Sequence record: NC_054905.1
DNA length: 64,000 nucleotides
Strand: one strand, 5' to 3'
DNA from: Enterobacteria phage Kha5h
Made by a program: the position numbers and the translations under genes. Shown piece after piece: positions 49,438 through 59,452 of the stretch. A model generated the notes under the pieces. It did no database searches and had not been told where the DNA came from. It was given only the letters and a program-made list of their open reading frames with translations. How positions within the stretch are numbered: the stretch's first letter is position 1; every line of letters begins with the position of its first letter.

Positions 49438-49803
49438 TTAAATATCAAATTCATTAAGAACTACATCAAAGATTGCTTCAAGATGCTCAGGTTTAGCTCT
49501 GTTACTCAGAATATGACGAATCCAAGTTTTAACCAGAAGCTTGCGATTAGCACCATTCCAGCAAGGATGAGCCCCTAAATCGCGTTGACGGAAATCATCA
49601 TCCAGAGCAATTTTGAAGTTGGAACCTTCCATTGTGATTGAAACCGTGATACCGTTTTCAAATCGCATATAAACGTAATTAGGAGTCATATACTGCTCAA
49701 TTTCGCATACTGATCCATTTTGATGTTTCCAAAGGCAAATAGTATCAATAGAACCTGCAATACCATTAGAAACATATTTACGTTCAAAGTTGATGTAGTT
49801 CAT
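49438..49803 (-). CDS. Hypothetical protein
   Basis: 121 aa ORF preceded by a hairpin-promoter cassette and GGAGAA RBS. Confidence 0.6.
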   Translation of the reverse strand: MNYINFERKYVSNGIAGSIDTICLWKHQNGSVCEIEQYMTPNYVYMRFENGITVSITMEGSNFKIALDDDFRQRDLGAHPCWNGANRKLLVKTWIRHILSNRAKPEHLEAIFDVVLNEFDI

Positions 49804-49830
49804 TTTTATTCTCCAAGATGTTTAATTGCG

Positions 49831-49872
49831 GTACAGGTATATAATATCATATCCTGTACCAAAGTAAACAAT
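49831..49872 (-). promoter_or_regulatory. Hairpin-promoter cassette (early promoter with -10 inside a stem-loop)
   Basis: Reverse strand GTTTAC then inverted repeat GGTACAGG ... CCTGTACC enclosing TATTAT, followed by GGAGAA RBS. Confidence 0.55.
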
Positions 49873-50204
49873 TATTTTACTACTTTCCAGTGCTTCATGT
49901 CAAGTTTACCGACTTTTTTCATCTTCTCAATTAAGCGTTCTGCACGTTGGCGAGCTGTAACATAATGCCATTCACCTAATTCATTTTGTTCAATTTTTCC
50001 AACGATTACTGTATTCAATTCATAAATCCAACCAGTAAAGAAATTATGAACTTGAATTGTAAAGGTGAAATCTGTTCCCATACCTTCTGTTGTTTCTACT
50101 TCAATAATATCACCTTCAACTGCCATTAAGAACCACATAGTTTCATCATATTTACCATTGAAGCATTTAGTTTTAACTGCAGCGTTCAGATTAATCGTTT
50201 TCAT
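49872..50204 (-). CDS. Hypothetical protein
   Basis: 110 aa ORF preceded by GTTTAC...TAGTAT early-type promoter and AAGGAG RBS. Confidence 0.6.
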   Translation of the reverse strand: MKTINLNAAVKTKCFNGKYDETMWFLMAVEGDIIEVETTEGMGTDFTFTIQVHNFFTGWIYELNTVIVGKIEQNELGEWHYVTARQRAERLIEKMKKVGKLDMKHWKVVK

Positions 50205-50224
50205 TTTATTCTCCTTTGTTTGTG

Positions 50225-50265
50225 TAAGATAATACTATCACAAAGGAGCTATACTGTAAACAACT
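50225..50265 (-). promoter_or_regulatory. Early promoter with RBS-containing stem-loop
   Basis: Reverse strand GTTTAC, 17-18 nt, TAGTAT; flanking inverted repeat CTCCTTTGTG / CAAAGGAG covers the AAGGAG RBS. Confidence 0.5.
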
Positions 50266-50288
50266 TTATGCAATCTTTGGAAAATAAA

Positions 50289-50312
50289 AAAGGACTCCCG
50301 AAGGAGTCCTCA
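50289..50312 (-). terminator. Rho-independent terminator after the 30.9-like ORF
   Basis: Reverse strand AGGACTCC TTCG GGAGTCCT followed by TTTTTTATTTT. Confidence 0.8.
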
Positions 50313-50314
50313 AC

Positions 50315-50533
50315 TTATGCTTTCTGCTTACCAAAACGAGAAGCATCATCTCGAAGAACCGCACGTGCTCGGCGCATGATCTTCTCAACAGTTTGATTGA
50401 TACGAGAGTTCGACCCACGCTTGTAGCCAGCGCGTTTAGAATCACCAACTTTCTTTTCAACTGCTTTCTTTGCTTTAACTTGTTTTGCCATTATAAATTC
50501 TCTTTTAAATGAAAATGCAGGACTTATTGGCAT
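50315..50533 (-). CDS. Small lysine/arginine-rich basic protein (30.9-like); start ambiguous, 72 or 58 aa
   Basis: ORF with two candidate starts; strongly basic composition; followed by UUCG terminator. Confidence 0.55.
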   Translation of the reverse strand: MPISPAFSFKREFIMAKQVKAKKAVEKKVGDSKRAGYKRGSNSRINQTVEKIMRRARAVLRDDASRFGKQKA

Positions 50534-50736
50534 TGCCTGCGCAAGCCCTCAAGGGGAACATAGGTTTTTGGATATTTAACGACCAGGATAACCATAAACC
50601 CGTCATCATTCACATTCAAGAGGTACACCGTAAAACTGCCGGGGTCTTAAAACTATAATGATTCGCAAATCATTAATCAGACAGTTCGACGGCTCCTCGA
50701 TTTTAGCTCGCACTAAGGCAGTGAATCTCCAATAAA

Positions 50737-50985
50737 TTACTTCAGTGTTACCACAAAGTGACGAACTGCTTTTCGTGCAGCAGAAGCCAGAGGCTTAGCA
50801 TATTTAAGTTCATCTTTTTCCTGAAGCTCAGCAGCTAATGCAGTTTGAGCAGGATTCAGATGTTTGAAATAACGCAGGATTTCAAGAGCTTCGGCTTCAA
50901 CATCAATAGATGCGCCATAGTTTTCGTGACCATTATTCCATGCGTTTCGTTGCAGTTCAAGAGCGTGTTGTAATTGTTTAATCAT
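50737..50985 (-). CDS. rIII: Lysis inhibition accessory protein rIII
   Basis: 82 aa, T4 RIII length; position between gene 31 and the 30.x cluster. Confidence 0.8.
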   Translation of the reverse strand: MIKQLQHALELQRNAWNNGHENYGASIDVEAEALEILRYFKHLNPAQTALAAELQEKDELKYAKPLASAARKAVRHFVVTLK

Positions 50986-51124
50986 TTAAAAATTCTCGTT
51001 AGAGATTAAAACTCGGTAGTCACGTTCTTCTGAATTTCATCTTCTTTCGACAGATCTCTCAGTTGTAGACTACCACATAGAATTGTTCGGTTAACTTATT
51101 ATTCCGACACCCAATTCATATTAT

Positions 51125-51132
51125 TATTTATA
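51125..51132 (-). promoter_or_regulatory. TATAAATA late-promoter motif upstream of rIII
   Basis: Reverse-strand TATAAATA immediately after the gene 31 stop. Confidence 0.45.
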
Positions 51133-51468
51133 TCACTTATAAAGACACGGAATAGCTTTATAGTGACAGGTAACGAATTTTTGCTTAATTTCTTTTGGCT
51201 GCTTAAGACCCAGAGCTACAAAAGGATGTGGAACGTTTCGAATTTGACCAACTGGAAGAGAAGTCAAATCACCAACTTCGCAGAAACCTTCAGGAACATC
51301 AGGACCGACAGAGTGAACTACACACAGTTCAGGAACTTCACCTTGAACACGTTTACCGATGATAAGTCCTGATTCTGTAACTTCTTCATCACCGGCTTGT
51401 GCAGGTTCAGAAACTAAAATAACATATTCACCGACAGCACGAATTGGTAGCTGTTGTACTTCAGACAT
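51133..51468 (-). CDS. 31: Co-chaperonin gp31 (GroES analogue)
   Basis: 111 aa, T4 gp31 length; position before rIII. Confidence 0.88.
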
Positions 51469-51524
51469 CGTTTTTCCTTTTTGTTAACAGATGAATTAAT
51501 AATAACAAATAATTCTTAAAGCAT

Positions 51525-51833
51525 TTATTTACCAATAAATTGGAGTAAATGCTCAACTTTCATACCATTAACAGAAATCAATTTGTCAATAGAAAAACCT
51601 CGCCATGCACCAAGCTCAACATCAAATACTGGAATCATGTCAGTAGATTCTTTCCGAGTAGATTCAGTCAATTTACCAGTTTGCATGGTTGGCATAAAGT
51701 CTGCATCACGAGTACCTTTCATAGTACGAATAGTACCATCAGACTTTTCAAAAACTACGTTTGAAACACCCATGGACAATTTAGTTTTCAAAATTTCACG
51801 AATTGCTACTTTCTGCTCAGTTGTCAGTTTCAT
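51525..51833 (-). CDS. Hypothetical protein (31.1-like)
   Basis: 102 aa ORF. Confidence 0.6.
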   Translation of the reverse strand: MKLTTEQKVAIREILKTKLSMGVSNVVFEKSDGTIRTMKGTRDADFMPTMQTGKLTESTRKESTDMIPVFDVELGAWRGFSIDKLISVNGMKVEHLLQFIGK

Positions 51834-52070
51834 TTATTTACCTATTACAGTTTTAATATGAGTTGTTCCACGTTCTTTAAGGGTGGAAAGTAATTTTTGG
51901 CATTTTTCTAAATCAGATTTCCAACTATATGGTCTATCAATACTAGTCCAATCAGTTTTATAATACTGTTTCCATTTAGAGAAAAAATATTTCTTATACT
52001 CTACAGCAAATGAGATGTTCTCATTAGAATAAGAACTAATTGCTGTGAGCTTTACCAAACGAAATTTCAT
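51834..52070 (-). CDS. Hypothetical protein (31.2-like)
   Basis: 78 aa ORF contiguous with the cd stop. Confidence 0.55.
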   Translation of the reverse strand: MKFRLVKLTAISSYSNENISFAVEYKKYFFSKWKQYYKTDWTSIDRPYSWKSDLEKCQKLLSTLKERGTTHIKTVIGK

Positions 52071-52651
52071 TATTCACCACAGAATTCGTTGATATTTTCC
52101 CAGTTTAACTTATTCAAGTTTTTCTTAGGAACATTAAACACTTCAATACCTGCATTTCGCAGAATATCATCCCAACCAGGTTTATTTTTATCGTATGTTT
52201 CACAATAAACTAGCTTTTTAATACCAGATTGAGCTATCGCTTTTGCGCAATCCGGACAAGGAGAAAGTGTTACATACATAGTAGCACCTTCAATAGAAGA
52301 ACCATTTCGTGCAGCAAACAAAATTGCATTTAGTTCAGCATGAATTTCATTTTTAGATGACCATTCCGAGTGAGCACTACGATGTTCTTTCGCCAAGACA
52401 AAACGATCAGTTGAACCAAACGATACACATTCAGGCTTATGACCTTGAATGATAGTATGTTTAGGTTTATTCAACAACCAACCTTGCTCAGCAGCATAAT
52501 CACAGCAGTTCACACCACCAGCAGGTGAACCATTATATCCGGTAGAAATAATACGTCCATTCTTTTCAATTACTGCTCCTACTTTCCAGGAGCAACATTT
52601 TGATTCTTGTGATACTAAATATGCAATTTGAAGTACTGTACTCGCTTTCAT
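52070..52651 (-). CDS. cd: dCMP deaminase
   Basis: 193 aa; zinc-binding deaminase motifs HAE and PCPDC. Confidence 0.9.
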   Translation of the reverse strand: MKASTVLQIAYLVSQESKCCSWKVGAVIEKNGRIISTGYNGSPAGGVNCCDYAAEQGWLLNKPKHTIIQGHKPECVSFGSTDRFVLAKEHRSAHSEWSSKNEIHAELNAILFAARNGSSIEGATMYVTLSPCPDCAKAIAQSGIKKLVYCETYDKNKPGWDDILRNAGIEVFNVPKKNLNKLNWENINEFCGE

Positions 52652-52986
52652 TTCATAATCACCAGATAAGCAGATTTAGCAGTTTCAACACGATAAATTT
52701 CGTGACGAAGTTTAGTTATACTTTTAATAACAGAACTAATTATATTCTGCCCATCTTTAAAGCGGTTTTTCTTATCAATAAAAATTGCACCAGCCATCTT
52801 TTTGTGAAGCTCAACTGGATACTTCGTCACAATAATAGCATCATACACAGAAGGATGAATACTATTCACTAGAGTATCATTCATTAAAGTTATTCTAATG
52901 AACTGTGCTGTTTCAGAATCAAGCGCTCTATGATCGCCAGTATCATTTTCAAGACAATTATCAATTATATCAGTTAAATTCATCAT
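52648..52986 (-). CDS. Hypothetical protein (cd.1-like)
   Basis: 112 aa ORF, translationally coupled. Confidence 0.55.
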   Translation of the reverse strand: MMNLTDIIDNCLENDTGDHRALDSETAQFIRITLMNDTLVNSIHPSVYDAIIVTKYPVELHKKMAGAIFIDKKNRFKDGQNIISSVIKSITKLRHEIYRVETAKSAYLVIMK

Positions 52987-53219
52987 AGTACGCCATACAC
53001 CCTTTGTGCTTCAACTAATCCATCAAAATCCAGTTTAAGATGTGTTATTTGATCACCATCACCTGGATTCACAATTACTAATACTGAACGAGGAGTTTCG
53101 GTAATAACACGAACCGATGTTTCTGGAAATCGTTCAGAAACCTTATTTACCAATTCCTGAGCAAATAGTTTAACTTTTTCTTGGAATTCTTTAACAGTAA
53201 TTGGTTTTTCACTTAGCAT
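52983..53219 (-). CDS. Hypothetical protein (cd.2-like)
   Basis: 78 aa ORF preceded by hairpin-promoter cassette and GAGGAAA RBS. Confidence 0.55.
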   Translation of the reverse strand: MLSEKPITVKEFQEKVKLFAQELVNKVSERFPETSVRVITETPRSVLVIVNPGDGDQITHLKLDFDGLVEAQRVYGVL

Positions 53220-53242
53220 TTTGTTTTCCTCATTTGTTTTGG

Positions 53243-53277
53243 TAGAGCTATAATATCACAACTCTACCGTAAAGTAA
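53243..53277 (-). promoter_or_regulatory. Hairpin-promoter cassette
   Basis: Reverse strand GTTTAC then inverted repeat GGTAGAG ... CTCTACC enclosing TATTAT, followed by GAGGAAA RBS. Confidence 0.55.
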
Positions 53278-53281
53278 ACTG

Positions 53282-53563
53282 TTAAATTGCCTTGAATTCT
53301 GATGTCTGTGATTCAAAACGAATATCGCCTTTGATGACTAGCTCAGCATCAAGACCAAATACGACAATGATATGCGCGGAACCCGGATACAGCGTAATTG
53401 CAATAGAATCCACCTGGTCTGGAAGCAAAGTGTTCAATACATGAGTCACTTGAGCATGAATTCGAAGCTCGGCTGCGTTATCAAGCTTTTCAAACATATT
53501 ATTAGCGATAATTTGACTAAACACTACTTCTACGATTTTAGAATAAGTCGGAAACATATTCAC
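53282..53563 (-). CDS. Hypothetical protein (cd.3-like)
   Basis: 93 aa ORF. Confidence 0.55.
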   Translation of the reverse strand: MNMFPTYSKIVEVVFSQIIANNMFEKLDNAAELRIHAQVTHVLNTLLPDQVDSIAITLYPGSAHIIVVFGLDAELVIKGDIRFESQTSEFKAI

Positions 53564-53752
53564 CTCACATAATTTTCTTCAAGCCAATCAATAACATCCA
53601 ACGCATTATCAAAAGTTGAACCATCTACTTTGTCTTCTGTTTCATAATCAAGAACATCTAAGCCTACTCTTCCATCAACAATAGGCCATAAACAAAATAG
53701 ATATTTCTTTTCTTTTTCAATTTTATCACAAAGACGATAAATCTTTTCTATA

Positions 53753-53760
<8 letters not shown>
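53560..53760 (-). CDS. Hypothetical protein (cd.4-like)
   Basis: 66 aa ORF. Confidence 0.5.
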
Positions 53761-55175
<1,415 letters not shown>

Positions 55176-55178
55176 TTA

Positions 55179-55409
55179 TTATTTCTCAACCAATGATTGA
55201 ATATAATCATGCAGGTCTTTAGATGCTTTACCCCACTTATTTTGGTATTCATTTTTAAGATTAGCCCGAGATTGAGCTAATAAAACATCATTAGTTGGAG
55301 GTAAAGATTCTAACCGTTGAATCTGGCGTCCATAAATCATTGCAGCCATCTCGGATTCATAAATCAATCCTTTGAGATGTTCAAATTGATGCCATGAAAT
55401 CATTTGCAT
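55179..55409 (-). CDS. Hypothetical protein
   Basis: 76 aa ORF. Confidence 0.5.
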   Translation of the reverse strand: MQMISWHQFEHLKGLIYESEMAAMIYGRQIQRLESLPPTNDVLLAQSRANLKNEYQNKWGKASKDLHDYIQSLVEK

Positions 55410-55699
55410 TTATCCTCTTTTAACTCTTGACGATAATAACATATCATAGTTTTCTGATCATGTACATATCGTTTTACATCATTAAGCCAAATGCGAAATT
55501 CCTGGGAATCTTCAAATGGCATACCGACCCAAGCTTTACCATCAATAACTTTAACTTGCCAGGATAGTTTAGCTTCATCGTATGACTTTATTTGTACTGG
55601 CCAATTAGGATGAACTGTTTCTTTCTTTACTTCTAGAGGCTTTGTCGAACAACCAACTAGAAGACCAATAGATAATATTACTGCTGATAGTCTAATCAT
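55400..55699 (-). CDS. Outer-membrane spanin (o-spanin) lipoprotein
   Basis: 99 aa; N-terminal signal peptide ending in lipobox LVGC; Cys near C-terminus; follows the i-spanin-like gene with a 4-nt overlap. Confidence 0.7.
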   Translation of the reverse strand: MIRLSAVILSIGLLVGCSTKPLEVKKETVHPNWPVQIKSYDEAKLSWQVKVIDGKAWVGMPFEDSQEFRIWLNDVKRYVHDQKTMICYYRQELKEDKCK

Positions 55700-56049
55700 T
55701 TAGAAAGGTCCTGGATGTCTTCTGCGAACTTGTTGAAGGAGTTGTTGATTTGTTTTTCAACCAATCCTGGCTTATGAGCCACCACATCCGCCTTCTTTGC
55801 GTCTTTGCGCAGTTTTTCATTTTCACGCTCAATAGCAGCAATTGCCTCACGATTTTTATTATTCATCGCATCAATATAATTATACTGAATTCGCAAATTA
55901 TTTAATGCTAAAGCGTTTTCATTGGCCGTTTTTGTAATTTCTACAACAGACGTTTCTAATCTTTCAATTTTATTTTTTAAAATTAAAGAAGTTCCGCCCA
56001 ATGCAATTACAATTAATAGCAAGCCTGCTGTCGTATTACTTAATTGCAT
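55696..56049 (-). CDS. Inner-membrane spanin (i-spanin)
   Basis: 117 aa; N-terminal transmembrane helix followed by charged coiled-coil-like periplasmic domain. Confidence 0.7.
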   Translation of the reverse strand: MQLSNTTAGLLLIVIALGGTSLILKNKIERLETSVVEITKTANENALALNNLRIQYNYIDAMNNKNREAIAAIERENEKLRKDAKKADVVAHKPGLVEKQINNSFNKFAEDIQDLSK

Positions 56050-56546
56050 AAAGTTTTAATAACCTCTATAATATCGTCTTGAGAAAGACCGTTAATTAAA
56101 ATATGATGTTCAGCCGGAGATTTAGAAATTTTAAAGCATGCCTCAACATCTTCTGCCATATCCGATGCGCTACGATTTGGATTACTAATTCCAAGACGAT
56201 GTTTTCCCGTTAAAGGATTAACGATGATATAGCATTTACAGTTGTTAATATGAACATTAGGTTGAGTCTGATTAATGAACACATCACAATCATATTTCGC
56301 AAGCTGATTTTCTAAAAAGACTTTCATCTCCTCAACCGCATCAGGAAGCATATCACGGGCTTGCTCAAGACGACGATTTCGGTATTCTTTAATGGTCGTT
56401 TTCCGCTTGACTTGCTTAGCTAAATCTTTCTTAAGATCGGTGATATATCCAACTCGACGATTTCCTTTGAATACAGAAATCCCATCTGTAGTATCACCGT
56501 ATGCTTCAACGACCATTTCAGTAGTAATAAGCTGCAAATCCATCAT
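56040..56546 (-). CDS. alc: Probable Alc (host transcription unfolding/termination) protein; start may be the second Met
   Basis: 168 aa ORF (T4 Alc is 167 aa) between the spanin pair and rnlA; preceded by the 54-bp early promoter cassette. Confidence 0.6.
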   Translation of the reverse strand: MMDLQLITTEMVVEAYGDTTDGISVFKGNRRVGYITDLKKDLAKQVKRKTTIKEYRNRRLEQARDMLPDAVEEMKVFLENQLAKYDCDVFINQTQPNVHINNCKCYIIVNPLTGKHRLGISNPNRSASDMAEDVEACFKISKSPAEHHILINGLSQDDIIEVIKTLCN

Positions 56547-56550
56547 AAAG

Positions 56551-56604
56551 TCCTCATGTTATGTCAGTAAGACTACTATAACACAACACGAGGGACTTGT
56601 AAAC
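56551..56604 (-). promoter_or_regulatory. Early promoter plus leader cassette, copy 2
   Basis: 53 of 54 nt identical to the copy at 41251-41304; lies between the rnlA stop and the alc start. Confidence 0.65.
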
Positions 56605-56607
56605 AGC

Positions 56608-58195
<1,588 letters not shown>

Positions 58196-58204
58196 AATAA
58201 AATG

Positions 58205-58220
58205 GGCCTTGCGGCCCACT
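58205..58220 (-). terminator. GCAA-loop hairpin between nrdB and denA
   Basis: Reverse strand GGGCC GCAA GGCCC followed by ATTTTAT. Confidence 0.5.
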
Positions 58221-58222
58221 CC

Positions 58223-59401
58223 TTAAAAGTATTTTTTAAAACTCATCATAACTTTATCATCAACATCATTATCAATCTGTGCAACAAGATAAGATGACAG
58301 TTCTACTTCTTGTGGCGCGGATTGAACATTATCAGAATTAAGATATTCACGAATCCAAGGATATGGATGTTTAACCGGAGCATCGGTAATTGGGCATGGA
58401 AGACCACACTGTTTCATACGAGATACAGTTAAGTAATCAATAAAGCTCCACATGCTATTTGTATTTAATCCAGGAACATCGCCATCTTTAAATAAATGAA
58501 CTGCCCAATCTTTTTCTTGGCGGTTAACTTCCATGAAAATATCAACTGCTTCTTGTTCACACTCTTGAGCAATTTTAACCCATTGATCACCATCAGTACC
58601 AGATTGAAGTTGACGAATAATATATTGGGTGCCTTTAAGGTGAAGCTGTTCATCGCGTGCAATGAACTTCATAATCTTGGCATTACCTTCCATGATTTCC
58701 ATGTTCTTATGGAAGTTAAAGGTACATGCGAAAGATACATAAAAACGAATAGCTTCCAATGCGTTGATTACATGCAAACAGAGGTAAAGAGATTTCATTA
58801 GCTCACGCTTCCAATATGTCTCATGCTCAATAGCATCTTCAATAACGTCTTCGTCTGCATTAATTTCTTTTTGGTATTCGATATCAGCTTTAGCGTTTTC
58901 CCAATAACGAGTTTTAATCAGAACATCATCATAATAACGTCCAATGGATTCAGCACGTTTCATAATAGCTTCATCTAATACAATTTCATCAAATACCTTC
59001 GATGGATCAGTATAAAGATTTCGCATGATATGAGTATATGAACGACTGTGAATAGTTTCACTAAAAGTCCATGTAGCAACCCATGTATCAAGGCTTGGGT
59101 CTGAAATTAATGACATAAGTACAGCAGATGGCGCGCGACCCTGAATGCTATCTAAAAGTGATTGATACTTCAAGTTGTTAGTAAAAATATTTTGCTGATA
59201 CTGAGGAAGCTTATTAAACTGTGCAGCATCCATCATCAAGTTTACTTCTTCAGGACGCCAGAAAAATGATAATTGCTTTTCGGTTAAATCTTCAAAAACT
59301 TTATGACGTTGAATATCATAACGCGCAATACCAAGACCTGAACCAAAAAACATAGGTTCTTTTAAAACATCAACTGGATTTGTATTAAAAACTGTGCTCA
59401 T
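58223..59401 (-). CDS. nrdB: Ribonucleotide reductase small subunit, uninterrupted
   Basis: 392 aa continuous ORF; di-iron ligand motifs (E..H) present. Confidence 0.9.
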   Translation of the reverse strand: MSTVFNTNPVDVLKEPMFFGSGLGIARYDIQRHKVFEDLTEKQLSFFWRPEEVNLMMDAAQFNKLPQYQQNIFTNNLKYQSLLDSIQGRAPSAVLMSLISDPSLDTWVATWTFSETIHSRSYTHIMRNLYTDPSKVFDEIVLDEAIMKRAESIGRYYDDVLIKTRYWENAKADIEYQKEINADEDVIEDAIEHETYWKRELMKSLYLCLHVINALEAIRFYVSFACTFNFHKNMEIMEGNAKIMKFIARDEQLHLKGTQYIIRQLQSGTDGDQWVKIAQECEQEAVDIFMEVNRQEKDWAVHLFKDGDVPGLNTNSMWSFIDYLTVSRMKQCGLPCPITDAPVKHPYPWIREYLNSDNVQSAPQEVELSSYLVAQIDNDVDDKVMMSFKKYF

Positions 59402-59452
59402 AAATTTTCCGCTTAGTTAATAGTTGGTGACTCGTCCGTGAGTCAAATTATA

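Noticed and set aside
50986-51132. Large-loop inverted repeat GGTAGTC ... GACTACC upstream of rIII
   Set aside because: Stem is only 7 bp with a loop of about 45 nt; not convincing as a stable structure, though a TATAAATA motif nearby is listed separately
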